Assembly: GCF_001194135.2 (NCBI RefSeq)
Contig: NC_068982.1
Span: 164,608,636 to 164,672,635 of the forward strand
Direction of reading: 5' to 3'
Source of the DNA: Octopus bimaculoides
Taxonomy: Eukaryota
DNA length: 64,000 nucleotides
Positions 21,300 through 34,889 of this stretch are shown piece by piece. A model generated the notes under the pieces. It was not told the origin of the DNA. It ran no database searches and saw only the letters and a program-made list of their open reading frames with translations. Positions within the stretch are counted from its first letter, which is position 1. Each line of letters begins with the position of its first letter. Position numbers and translations under genes: made by a program.

Positions 21300-24200
21300 T
21301 GTTGTAGTGAAATGGTACTCCCCTTCCCACGTGACAAAGTGGTATGACGCAGCCTCTATAAATTCAGAGAAACAGTCGTTGTAGGGGGTCAACAGTAGTA
21401 GATACGTTGTACAACTCAGTTGGAGTCAGTGTCAGTTACGTGATATATACAAGTGTGAGTTACCGTCAAAAAAAGACGTTTCAAAGTCATTGACTTCTGG
21501 AGCTATCAGCGATAGCACAATAGACGATTCAAAGATAACAAGACGCGGAATACCGCCACAACATAATAGTGGTGGCAAGAATATTACAGTGCCAAAAATA
21601 ACAGACAAGTGGATGAGGATCACATTATAACAGTGGCGACGAGGATATAAACAATTCACGTGGACAACGTTGGAAAACAAATCACGAGAAAATAAACAAT
21701 TCACGCGGAGGAAGTTGAAACATTTTCACGTGCAGAATTTTAAAAACTTGAAAGAAGAGTAACAAACATTTTTGTTGTACATATTTTACGAAAAATCCGT
21801 AAAATTATGGAAAAATTGCTGGAAGGTCTAGTTGAGATGCAAAAACAGCCACATCAAATGTTACTGCAACAAATCTACAAATGTGAAAATGTAGTCGACA
21901 CAGTTAAAAATTCGAAGGAAGTCGAACAACTGAGACAAAAACTTTTTTTTAATGTTTACGAATGTTTTTTTGAAAGGATTACGCTGTCGCACTAAGACAA
22001 AAGCTAGGATTGCGGTAAAAGAAAAGGCAACACCTGTTTTTAGGCCCAAACGTCAATAAAGAGCTGGAAAGACTAGAAGGTCTCGATATAATTAAAAAGT
22101 CTACCATTTAGACTGTGAAGCTCTGACGGTTTATGTAAAGAAAAGAAAAATAATAAACTAAGAGTGTGTGCGGATTTTTCAATTGGATTAAAGGATTGTT
22201 TAGTCGAATGCAATTATCCATTATCAAGCCCAGAATAAGTGTCCTCAAAGCTAAATGGAGGAAAAATTTTCTCGAAGTTAGACCTCTCGGAGGCCTATCT
22301 ACATATATAGGTAGAGGAAGATTGCGCACACCTTTTAATAATCAACACACACCATGGATTGTATAAATTCCATATTCCAACAAGTGATGGACGTAATGCT
22401 AAATCATTGCGACTTAGCTATCACTTATCTCGATGATATTTTGATAAAAACGAGTCAGTGGAGTAAAGTTTCGAACATATTAAAAAAGTAAACGGAAAAA
22501 TAAATGAATATGGGTTTAGACTAACCGAGGAAAGGTGTGAGGCGTTCATGAAAAAAATCAAATATTTAGATCAAGTAACTGACCAAAGGCCAGATCTATT
22601 TAGGGCGACGGCAATACGGAATATGCCACCACTTTCGAACGTCAAATTGTTACAAGCATTTATAGGCTTGATAAACTACTATCAAGGATATATCCCGGAC
22701 ATACACAACACAAGGGCACCGCTAAACGAGCTGTTAAAAAAGGATACCAAATGGTTTTGGTCAGAAAAATACCAGTAGGCATTTGAGGTACTAAAATGGT
22801 TGTTAATTTCAGACTTATCGCTTACACACTTCGATCTGGAGTTGGAAACGATACTGGCAACAGATGCTAGTGAGTACGGGATAGGTGCAGTACTCCAAGA
22901 CAAATGCAAACACGGCAGCCAAAAGGCAATTAGCTCACGCGTCAAGGACGATATTACCAGAGGAAAAAAATTATAGCCAAATTGAAAAAGAGGATTGGCG
23001 TTTATATTTGGCATAAAAAGTCTCACAGGTTTATACATGATAGACGGTTTAGACTACAAACAGACCATCGCTCGTTGCTAACGATTTATAGATCTTTGCA
23101 GCGGTGGGGCACCATACTACTAAACTACGACTACGAAATAGAATATTTACCTTCGAGAAAGCTAGGACATGCTTATGGCCTATCCAGTTTAATATCCAGA
23201 AATAGTGAACCATTAGAGGACACAGTAATAGCGGCCTTAAGAGCCGAAGGGGAAATTAAACATATAATGAGGAATATTGTACATGAGTTCCCAATAACTC
23301 TGGAGGAGATAAAGCGTCGCATGTCAAACGTTCATTAATGTAAACAAAAAACTATGTGGCATCCAAGACGTTATTTTATCTGATAATGGAACACAATTTG
23401 TGCCCAGTGAATTTTAAAAATTCTGCGAAATGTTTATGGTAGAGCATAAAACGATAGCCCCCTTACCATTCCAGATCAAATGGACTGGCATAGCGTTTTG
23501 CAGACACTTTTAAAAGAGCTTTCAGAAAAGCAAATAAGGAAGTTACAGACGACGTCGCTGTCCAGCAATTCTTAAGGGGGTATACATAGTGACACTGAAC
23601 GCCAATACATCAGCAGGAAGCTCACCAGCAGAACTGATGTTGGTGAGGAAGGAGAAATCAGTTTTTGATAGTCTGTTACCGAGCGGGGAAGGAAGAAGTA
23701 GCAGAAAAGACAATCCAATGTCTTTCAAAATTGGTGATAAGGTGTACATGAGATCATATAAACACAGAAAACAATACTGGGAAGAAGGAAAAATTACAAA
23801 GTTCATAGGAAAAATGAATTAAAAGCAGAAAGAGTATTGAAAAAAAGGCACAAAACCCAATTGAAGAGATTCATAGAAAATGAACCAGACAGATTTGAAG
23901 AATCTATGGAATGGATGTATGATGCATTCCAAGAAACCAACATCGCTACAGGTGGTTGAATCCACGCGTACAAGTGGAAGAAAAGGGAAGAACACGGAGT
24001 TCCTACAAATAGACGCAAAAAAACCCACAATTAAGTTAAAAAGAAGCTAAAAGGGAGGACGAGTGAATAAAGTAAAATAAAATTACTTGCTAAAATGGGA
24101 GATGCTGTAGTGAAAATAGTAGTCCCCTTCCCACGTAACAAAATGGTATGACTCAGCCACTATGAAGTTATACAGTTAGTAGTAGTAGAGTCGTGGTACA

Positions 24201-24422
24201 AGTTCTCATTTGGAGTCAGTATCAGTTACGTGATATATACGAGTTTGAGTTATCGTCAAGGAAGATGTTTCAAAGTCATGGACTTGCGGCGCTATCAGCG
24301 ATAACACGATAAACGAGTCAAAGATAATAAGACGCAGAATACTGCAAGAAACTAAATGTTGCGACAAGAATGTTACAGTGACAACAATAACATACAAGTG
24401 GATGAAGATCCACATTATAACA
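21300..24422 (+). mobile_element. Gypsy (Mag/K02A2.6-like) LTR retrotransposon with both LTRs, internally deleted and inactivated
   Basis: 5' LTR 21300-21632 and 3' LTR 24103-24422, both TG...ATTATAACA. TSD GTGTT at 21295-21299 and 24423-24427. PBS TGGCGACGAGGAT at 21634-21646 and purine tract aaaatgggaga before the 3' LTR. Coding remnants: gag start MEKLLEGLVEMQKQ (21807); RT LRVCADFS..FSKLDLSEAYL..INTHHG and YLDD (22426-22437); RNase H ATDASEYGIGAVL and YSQIEKEGLA; integrase SDNGTQF..APYHSRSNG. Confidence 0.95.
21634..21646 (+). promoter_or_regulatory. Primer-binding site complementary to the 3' end of tRNA-Ser(GCU)
   Basis: TGGCGACGAGGAT is the reverse complement of AUCCUCGUCGCCA, the 3' end of metazoan tRNA-Ser(GCU) as recalled. 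It lies 1 nt after the 5' LTR. Confidence 0.8.
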
Positions 24423-26544
24423 GTGTTTTAGAAAGTATTCGTCCCAGAAGATGTAAACAGACTCTCTAAATCTGAGATATGTTTCAGTAAATGTCAATAC
24501 TTTGAATTGACTATAAGTGAAAGAATTTGTCCAGACTGTTACTGAATTCTAATAATGTGTGGTTATTCCATTCTCCGTCACAGAACATATTATTAGACAA
24601 ATATTTTCTAAAACAAGAGAAATTACTATGATAAACATATATACCGGTCATTTAAAGCGGATATATGTTCCATGCAGAATTACAATAAACACAGTAATAT
24701 TTCTGAGGGTAAATGTATATATTGCTAGAAATGACTGATAATATTATTGTTTATCACAAGCTACATAAGACGAAACTGAAGAAAATCAGCTTTTCAATAT
24801 TTCAACAATTTGTATTATAAAAAGTAGAATTGTATTTTGGTGAAAAGACTGTGTTCATCGGAAATAGTACTCGGGAAATAATTGTGCCTGATAATTCCTG
24901 AAAATTTCGCAATTGTAACTTTTGTATAAAGTGTGGTGAAACCAGATTCACTCCTAAGAAAAGGTCTTCCTTTTGTCCTACATGACTTTTCTGGTGATAG
25001 ATTAGTTATAAATGTCAAAAGTGGTTGGAAAAGCATGTTTGTGTGTTATAGGACAATTTTTCAATAGAAATGATTTATCAGATTAGTTACAGGTAAACGA
25101 AGTCACCAGTAAGTATATATTTTAAATAGTCTGCTCTGGTTTGGTACTTTTGCAGCTGTCATGATGAACTACAACAAACTAGAATTATATCTATCTCCAA
25201 CCGTAAATACTACAATCCCCTCTTTGAAGGGAAATACTTAAATGGACAAAATAATTAATATGGATCAAATAATTAATGAAACAATTATTAATGATGTGCA
25301 AAATACAGAATCCGTTTCTGAAGCCTTGAATGACTTACCAAACTCTAATTAGCAGCGACTCTGATTTGTCAACTGGTGCAAGAATAAACGTAGCATATGA
25401 TGCTAGACTCTCTTTTCGAATACCAAAGGCATAATTAGATATATTCAGTAATTGTGATAGTCTTCATGCTTCTGTAAGTTAATCTATATACCTCCGCCAC
25501 TTTTCAGCTCACTGCTGCATAATATTATAAATTTCTCTCACATGAATTAAATTTGTTCTGTCATGGTTATAGGTATAGAGCAGCTATGCTATATCTTTGT
25601 CTGTTTCTCTCTGAACACATTTTGCTGAAGAAAGTGTTAGACGCCCTTATACAATGTGATGTATTGTTTTGGACAATACAGTACACAGTTGACATTGCAA
25701 AACCTTATTGTAATAGCTGGAGTTATAGTTAACATTACTATGCGAACTTCTACGGTAAGAATTACCTGATAGTGTAGCGGAGGCTTTCTTGTTTGCCTTG
25801 CGTCATTCTCACTAGAATAGTCCCGCAAAAACAGAAATTGATTTATGCTTATAACAGGAACATATATTTCATGGAATTACACTTTTAAGATTTTTCAACA
25901 CGGTTGACGCTTCTGCCATCACTATATATATATTTTTTTGCATTAGGTTTAACCATTAGTTACCCTAAATATGTATAAATGAATTCTATGTGAGAATTTT
26001 GTTGTTGAGGATATAACAGCCTTACTACGTTTTTCACAGCTATAATCCATCAAGGCGAATAACAACTGTGTTCGCTGCGCTGTATTTCGTTGGTCGCGAG
26101 GAGCAGAAAATTTTACGCTATGTGACAGATATGGTGAAAAGCCAAGAAACAGACAATTTTCTTCTTGGTCGATCTGTCTCCAAATGTATGATATTTCACT
26201 TGAAGTTGAAAGTGTGTGTATAGAGAGAAGTGCTTCGATGTAAATTATTTGAGAGGTTACTGACGGTATCGAATAAGGTATTGCGGAGAAGCTTACAGTG
26301 CATATGTACGGAAAATGTTAAATGTAAAAGTGCACTAGTCTTTAATACTCGGGGTTACTGAGATTTGGGGTTGTTTTCTTGATTCGCAACTATCTGGTTA
26401 TTTGAGAATTTTCCTTGTTTCCTATATCGTTGTTAATTGTTTTTGCAATGAAATTTTATAACACTATACGCAACCACCATGTCATTTTCTGTCCTTTTGT
26501 AACATCTTTAACTTATTTGAGAATTTATAATCATCTAAGGAGGT

Positions 26545-26563
26545 GTTATTATTATTATTATTA

Positions 26564-26637
<74 letters not shown>
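26545..26637. repeat. (TAT)n microsatellite
   Basis: Directly visible. Confidence 0.97.
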
Positions 26638-26894
26638 GATATACAATTATATATATATTATTTACATATTTTACACATTTTCTTGCAGACCTGTAGGAAT
26701 CGAATTTACAAGTTATTTGCAATTGGAAAGCGTGACGAAAGAATCTGGGAAGAATTGATTGAAATGAAAAGAGATAAAGATTTATGTGACTGGAGAATGT
26801 CTTAAGAGAAAAGGAGAATGATATATGTTAAAATATGTTTTGGCTTGTTTTGCATTTTACTGTTTGATGTCTTTCATGATCAACTATTCTTCTT

Positions 26895-26942
<48 letters not shown>

Positions 26943-28294
26943 CATTCGTATGTAAACATACGTATACTATACATAATTATACTAGTGTGTGAGTGTGAGT
27001 GTGTGTGTGTGCTTCTGTCTGTGTGTGCTTGAAAAATGCATATTTAATACGTATGTGCACATACATATAATCGAGTGCATATTTGTAAATGCTTGCTCAC
27101 AAGATGGTTGCTTTCTCTATGCTAAAAATAAAGAAAAAAAGAGAATAAACTGAAGCTGACATCAACATGTGGCCACTTTATCAAAGATAGGTTTTCCGAA
27201 TCGACCCTTTCAATTTTGTTTTGATGAAATATTCAAAACAAAGAAAAATGAATAGATTTATTTTATGAATGTGTGCATGTATGTATCTATGTATATGTGT
27301 ATAAAAGAATGTATATGTATATATATGCATATATNNNNNNNNNNNNNNNNNNNNNNNNNNNNNNNNNNNNNNNNNNNNNNNNNNNNNNNNNNNNNNNNNN
27401 NNNNNNNNNNNNNNNNNNNNNNNNNNNNNNNNNNNNNNNNNNNNNNNNNNNNNNNNNNNNNNNNNNNNNNNNNNNNNNNNNNNNNNNNNNNNNNNNNNNN
27501 NNNNNNNNNNNNNNNNNNNNNNNNNNNNNNNNNNNNNNNNNNNNNNNNNNNNNNNNNNNNNNNNNNNNNNNNNNNNNNNNNNNNNNNNNNNNNNNNNNNN
27601 NNNNNNNNNNNNNNNNNNNNNNNNNNNNNNNNNNNNNNNNNNNNNNNNNNNNNNNNNNNNNNNNNNNNNNNNNNNNNNNNNNNNNNNNNNNNNNNNNNNN
27701 NNNNNNNNNNNNNNNNNNNNNNNNNNNNNNNNNNNNNNNNNNNNNNNNNNNNNNNNNNNNNNNNNNNNNNNNNNNNNNNNNNNNNNNNNNNNNNNNNNNN
27801 NNNNNNNNNNNNNNNNNNNNNNNNNNNNNNNNNNNNNNNNNNNNNNNNNNNNNNNNNNNNNNNNNNNNNNNNNNNNNNNNNNNNNNNNNNNNNNNNNNNN
27901 NNNNNNNNNNNNNNNNNNNNNNNNNNNNNNNNNNNNNNNNNNNNNNNNNNNNNNNNNNNNNNNNNNNNNNNNNNNNNNNNNNNNNNNNNNNNNNNNNNNN
28001 NNNNNNNNNNNNNNNNNNNNNNNNNNNNNNNNNNNNNNNNNNNNNNNNNNNNNNNNNNNNNNNNNNNNNNNNNNNNNNNNNNNNNNNNNNNNNNNNNNNN
28101 NNNNNNNNNNNNNNNNNNNNNNNNNNNNNNNNNNNNNNNNNNNNNNNNNNNNNNNNNNNNNNNNNNNNNNNNNNNNNNNNNNNNNNNNNNNNNNNNNNNN
28201 NNNNNNNNNNNNNNNNNNNNNNNNNNNNNNNNNNNNNNNNNNNNNNNNNNNNNNNNNNNNNNNNNNNNNNNNNNNNNNNNNNNNNNNNNNNNNN

Positions 28295-28335
<41 letters not shown>

Positions 28336-30156
28336 ATGTATGCACAGATATTTATATTAATTCTTTTTTCTTGGCAATGGAATTCTGATGTATGTTGCCT
28401 TTGAATTCCTACAGAGCTATCTCTAACTACAAAGACGTTTAAATTTTATGTCATTACACACAGCTACTCAATATACGGCTATTACTGAAGTGTAGGTTTT
28501 TAGATCGAATGCACATACGCCTGATACGGATTGCTCTTTAAACTGCTCTCTTTTACTGATATCGCATAGCCTAAAAATTTTATTTTTCTCAACGGAATTG
28601 GAAGGTCATATAGATATTTACTATATATCGAGAAGGATGCAGAATGAATTGCCCGACATCAGTTCATGACTGCTACATTAAAGAGATCCTATATGATATA
28701 TCTCAATACAGTGAAGAAACAATTTGGTTCTGAAAATCTATCTGTTAGGGGAATATTACATCTTCGTTATGTCATCAGAAAGACTGAGATGAAATTACTT
28801 ACTTTAGGTTACATAAAACAGTATTGTATGTTTCCGTAGTTCAGACCTTGATCAGCAGTGATCGCGCTGGCTTATATATGCACTTGTTCTAGCGGTAAGG
28901 AATCCATCTTTAGATTTGGGCTACATAATTCGTTGTAACCTTCTATTTTTATGATAGCAAGGTATGATTTGAAGAAGAAAATATAGATTTAGCTGCTAAT
29001 TCTTCATATTAATACGCATGTAGGTATTTTAAAAATATAATGCATGCGAGTTGAATCATTAATTTTTCATTTATCTTCATTTTCTCTATCGAATCATATA
29101 CTATAATTTCAATTTGAAGTTTAGTGTATAAAATGATGTAATACGTTTTAAATTGAATGTATTGTCATTCTGTAAGATGCAATATTTGATTGATTGTGTA
29201 CAAAACAAATTTGATTGCACAGAAAAACAAAACAAAAACAACGTTAATACATAATTATCGTTTTAGAGACGCAATTATTGAATATTAATGGAAAAATCAA
29301 AATTCATAGTCAATTACAATAATAACGATGCAGTAGTGGTAAATATCAAATAAAAAATTCATATATATATATATANNNNNNNNNNNNNNNNNNNNNNNNN
29401 NNNNNNNNNNNNNNNNNNNNNNNNNNNNNNNNNNNNNNNNNNNNNNNNNNNNNNNNNNNNNNNNNNNNNNNNNNNNNNNNNNNNNNNNNNNNNNNNNNNN
29501 NNNNNNNNNNNNNNNNNNNNNNNNNNNNNNNNNNNNNNNNNNNNNNNNNNNNNNNNNNNNNNNNNNNNNNNNNNNNNNNNNNNNNNNNNNNNNNNNNNNN
29601 NNNNNNNNNNNNNNNNNNNNNNNNNNNNNNNNNNNNNNNNNNNNNNNNNNNNNNNNNNNNNNNNNNNNNNNNNNNNNNNNNNNNNNNNNNNNNNNNNNNN
29701 NNNNNNNNNNNNNNNNNNNNNNNNNNNNNNNNNNNNNNNNNNNNNNNNNNNNNNNNNNNNNNNNNNNNNNNNNNNNNNNNNNNNNNNNNNNNNNNNNNNN
29801 NNNNNNNNNNNNNNNNNNNNNNNNNNNNNNNNNNNNNNNNNNNNNNNNNNNNNNNNNNNNNNNNNNNNNNNNNNNNNNNNNNNNNNNNNNNNNNNNNNNN
29901 NNNNNNNNNNNNNNNNNNNNNNNNNNNNNNNNNNNNNNNNNNNNNNNNNNNNNNNNNNNNNNNNNNNNNNNNNNNNNNNNNNNNNNNNNNNNNNNNNNNN
30001 NNNNNNNNNNNNNNNNNNNNNNNNNNNNNNNNNNNNNNNNNNNNNNNNNNNNNNNNNNNNNNNNNNNNNNNNNNNNNNNNNNNNNNNNNNNNNNNNNNNN
30101 NNNNNNNNNNNNNNNNNNNNNNNNNNNNNNNNNNNNNNNNNNNNNNNNNNNNNNNN

Positions 30157-30217
<61 letters not shown>

Positions 30218-31454
30218 AAACTTATCCGATGGGTTTGCATATAGACTGCCTTTATCAAATTCATTCTCAAGGAATTGGTCAACCAAATAGTTAGAGTAGA
30301 AGACATTTCCGTGTCTATGTCTGTGTAGAGCAGCAAGTAAAATAAATGTTTTCTCAGTTTTGACACTGATTGCAAAGCAATTGAATTGCCTTGAAATTGT
30401 ATGAACGTGTATGCAATAGCACGCAACATAGCTGACCCTTGTAAGTCGATCTGATGAGCTTTCTCGCCACTTCTGTTTAACGAATTTCACTCACAAGTCT
30501 TGAACTAACGCGGCCCCATTGTAAATGACATTTGCTATAATGCTACACATACATCACAGAAATTATTTAGAAGAAAAACTATGCATAAATGTATTTTGTG
30601 TACTACCGGAAGCCTAAAGGGGAACCAATATTATCATTTAAGTTGAAGTGTACTATTTCATGGAAAATTTTTAAAAATTTTACATCTATACTTTTATGTT
30701 AAGAAAAATAACATCGAGGTTGTCATTAACCTTCGTTGTGTATACACAAACACAGACCACGGAAACTGATTAGAAAGACGCACTTGATCACATTAATAAT
30801 GATAGTAAAAATGAAAGAGTACTAATTTCCTATCCCCAACTTGTTTCGTCTATTTAGCAACATAAACTTGTGAACGGATTTGTAAAGAAAAATTATACTG
30901 AAAATTAATTCATGGTTAAGAACTGCGGGAATTCTGCAAACGTAACGAACATTTCGTTTAAATGTGATATTGACTGTTATAAATGCGACTATGAATTTAC
31001 TTTGAAACACAATCATTCGAAATCACATTTAATGTATGCATTTCATTACAAATTACGTCAAGTTCATTCTAACATATCTGAGTGTAATATATAAACATTT
31101 GTCTCTTTGAAGTCGACAGAAATCTCAATAATTGTATGAGATACACGAAAGGAAATGCAAAATTGAAAGGACGAAAATATACTACAAATCGAAATTGAGT
31201 TCACAGTTGTATTGCCGAAAATTTGTGGAAATTTTATTAATGTATGATGTAACGCGGTGTTAATTAATTTTGTCACTGATCATTTCACAAGCAAAGTTTA
31301 TCGTTGTCTTTCATCCACACAAGCGCAATGAAATAACAACCAGCCATTTACTCGGGTCACTTACATAAATGTCACTCTACACTCTCATAAGTTTTGTCAA
31401 TTTTCTTGTAATCGTAGTACCAGTACCAGGTGTGGTGGTAATGGTAGCGGTGTT

Positions 31455-31473
31455 GGTGGAGGTAGTAGTAGTA

Positions 31474-31538
<65 letters not shown>
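31455..31538. repeat. (GTA)n microsatellite
   Basis: Directly visible. Confidence 0.97.
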
Positions 31539-31849
31539 CATGTATATGTAATTTAAAAAATAATAAAAGTCGCTTCACAGCTACATGGCTTTAGGTTTGA
31601 GATCACTGAGCAGATCGTTAGGAAAGTGACTTCGAGCTTTGATTCGGATCGGCAAAAGCTTTGTACGTTAAATGTGTTACATGAAATCTATGTAGCAGCC
31701 TAATGGAGTGAAACTTCATGTTCTTCGCTGGCAGCTTTGATGCGTAACTTGTATCACAAAACATTCCTTTATCGGTTATAAAAAATTTTGCACTCATTCG
31801 GTTATACTTTCGGTTTTGGATAATTTCCTCCTTTTTTACTTCTGCTACT

Positions 31850-33210
31850 GGACAAAGAAATTCTTTGCCCTGTCATTCACAAAGTCGAACAGTTTAGCAA
31901 TGACAGTGAAATGGGATTGGCACTGAAACATTTGAAGGAAAATATTTTAAAATCATGCAGCATCACCCTAGATAGAGATATAAAAGAATTAGGACCTGAG
32001 CGCAGTTAGAAATAGTCAGGCGTTTGTGAAGGAGATACTAAGTACTCGTTAAGGAGAAAAAACATACGAAAGAATGCTATCGTAGCGTCAGAGCTATTCT
32101 GAAAATGTAGGTTAACTGTCTATAACAAAATCGAGGCTATAAACACGTTCGCTATGCAAGTAAGCACGCGCGATTAATGTCAAAGTCTGAAAGTTGATGC
32201 CGATGCGTCGCATGAATTATCCAAACGCAGACAGAAATTGATTATGCCTTCCGAGAAAAGAAAGCAGTTGGGAATTCCAACAACAAATAAACGATTGAAT
32301 GTTAAAGCTGGTTATGAATTATTAAGGTAACAAGAAGCTGTACTCAGTGACGAAAATTGCAAGAATACTCCTTCGGGAAATTCCGCTAGATGAACCAGTA
32401 CCCGCAAAAATAAGTGCTTCCAACTGAAAAAAAAATAATAAATAAAAAGTAGGTGAACAAACCAGCCTCCAGTATACTAAGGTCATGTGGAGGAAAAAAA
32501 CAGTGCAGAGCCAGGAATCGTGATGTAAAGCAAGCTCTTATACAACTGTGGCTGGCATGCGCTGGTCTCAAGCTGAAAAGTGAGGAGAATATTATATCTC
32601 AGGATGAATACCTTCAAACTAGAGGTTTCCAGTGTAATCTTAATTTTCTGTGACATGAAAGCAGCTTATCGTGTCGGGTATGCGAGGTACATCCAAAAAC
32701 AGTCAACGACATAATCTTTCGTGGTGTCTGATTAACACCCACAGAGTACTTGCAATGGCATGGCTAGACACTAAGAACATACACTGGTCATATGTCGCAA
32801 CTATAATCTCTCTCACAATGAAAATCGGTGGGAACATAAACCACCACAAGTTGTGCAGAATATTATTCTAACACTCCTTATAAATTTCAGCGTTCGAATT
32901 AAGTAGGAAATGCAGGTAAACTACTAGATACTATTGTGAAAAATCATGTTGGAAAGATGTATGTTTTGATAAACGATGTAATTCCAATTGAAAAAAAAAA
33001 CGCATCTCTGAAAACGTTTGAGAAATTGAGCAACTGCATGGACTTAGACATAAAAATCAGAAGTCAAAACAATATTACGTATAGTTATCGTTGCACTTGG
33101 AATGTTAAGGGCAAACAAATATGTAGACCAAATGTTTGGCAACCCCAAAGTGTGTGAATTGCAAATGATCAGAGTTATGGCTCAGAGATACTGAATGTAA
33201 ATTCATCTTT
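31850..33210 (+). mobile_element. Degenerate R4/Dong LINE, 3' third (late RT, CCHC knuckle, restriction-like endonuclease)
   Basis: IHKVEQFSNDSEMG..IKELGPE..GVCEGD; ECYRSVRAILK..YNKIEAINTFAM; WLACAGLKLKSE..QDEYLQTR; CRVCEVHPKTVNDII..TEYLQWH; CRNYNLSHNENRWEHKPPQVVQN; IPIEKKNASLKTFEKLS..DLDIKI; ALGM. Confidence 0.8.
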
Positions 33211-33321
33211 GTTTGAATAAAATATTTTGCATTCAGTGTTATGAATTTTATTAGCAGCGTTTTTTTTTTTTTATAACAGACATCAGATTTTCAATTGCAT
33301 CGTACCACACCAGTTAGTTCT

Positions 33322-33432
33322 TTAGAGGTCAGCTTTGCCATTCATTCTTTCAGGGTCGATAAAATAAGTACCAGTTGAATACTGCGGTCTATTCAATCGA
33401 AATTGCTGGCCTTATGCCAAAATTTGAAATCT
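33322..33432 (+). mobile_element. SINE family B fragment
   Basis: gaggtcagctttgccattcattctttcagggtcgataaaataagtaccagttgaatactg...aaattgctggccttatgccaaaatttgaaa matches 59101-59313. Confidence 0.75.
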
Positions 33433-34889
33433 TTATTAATTTTCGTATTGTTTCTGACTTATTAGAAATTGAACTGAACATATTCTCAATTCCAACAAAA
33501 GGTATATATTAAAGACAAAAAATATAGTACACAAAACTATACATGTAAGATACTTTAACGATAACAGTTATCATTTAATACTATAACATGTTAGCATCTG
33601 CATGAAATATTGCTCTGTAAACTAAATACTGCAACCTTCCTTTTTCGGCACATGTACCTTCCTAATGTTGAATTATTTAAAAAATAATGGTAAAGAGCAT
33701 GCATTTAGCGTGTCTCTCTTGATTAGTTATAATTATGTTACTTTATAAGGAAGGTGGAAATGGATTTTATCATATTTGCTATTTCCCAAAACTAACGTGG
33801 CAGCAAGACTTGACTAGAAAGTATGAAAACTTTACTAATTCTCTACAGAGCTTCCTAGATCAGCAAATGTAGTTTTCTCATGTTTACAACACGTCATGTT
33901 GCCAGGCAGAACGCTCTAACGTTTCACAGAAGAACGTAATACAAAATGTAATATGAACATTTTGAAAGATTTTGATAAGTTGTATAAGTATAAATTATAA
34001 TTATCAGCGGCATATATCATGAATCATATATATTGCTATAATTCCTCGTACACTATACAATATTCACGTTATATTACGTTACACAAATATTTTACATTGC
34101 TATAAAAGCTGCGAGCCGGGGAAAAAACGCTTTGCGGCATTTCGACCGTCTACATATGAGTTCAAATTATACCAGGGTTCATTTTGCTTTTCCTCTCTTT
34201 CATACATATATTCTAAAAATGTGTTTATAAAATGACAATAGTTATGCTGCTTTTCTAAAATGCTTGACAAGGTTTAATATTCGTTAAATAAGTTTACAAA
34301 ATAGTAACACAAACATATGTAACTTGTATGTTCGATATCTACGTTGGTGTAACCTTGGATTATACTACTTCGCCTAATAAGATTTATTTTCTGAAAAAAA
34401 AAAACTGTTGTAAGATTCATTTATGCACGTAAATCTATTTGAAACCATATCACAACAATGGGTGAGTGGGAAGCTATAAAGCTGCTCTTGTTTTTGCATA
34501 CGTCAAAACTCATATCAAAATAAGAAAGTCATCCTTTATTTTAATCTATTACTGTCTGTTCTCAAGACATAAGCAATTTTACAATAAAACTATAATAGTT
34601 GTAAATTCCAGCAGGAATTACTTCGCATTTGATTTTTGGTGTATATGTTACCTAAATATATTAAAGTGCTATATCGTCAATCATAGCGACCATAAGATAC
34701 AGAAAAATAATAATAATTCCCTGTTTGGTGGACTGTATACATGTTTGGAATAGTCTGTGGTAGTTTGTAAATACTGCTACATTAACTCTCTGCATTTTTT
34801 AGCAAGAGGATACAGTAAGTCTGCGGCTAATAGTGGTCCCGGTCACAGCTGATCTTAATGCAAAATTCACTAATAAAACAACTTATCAT

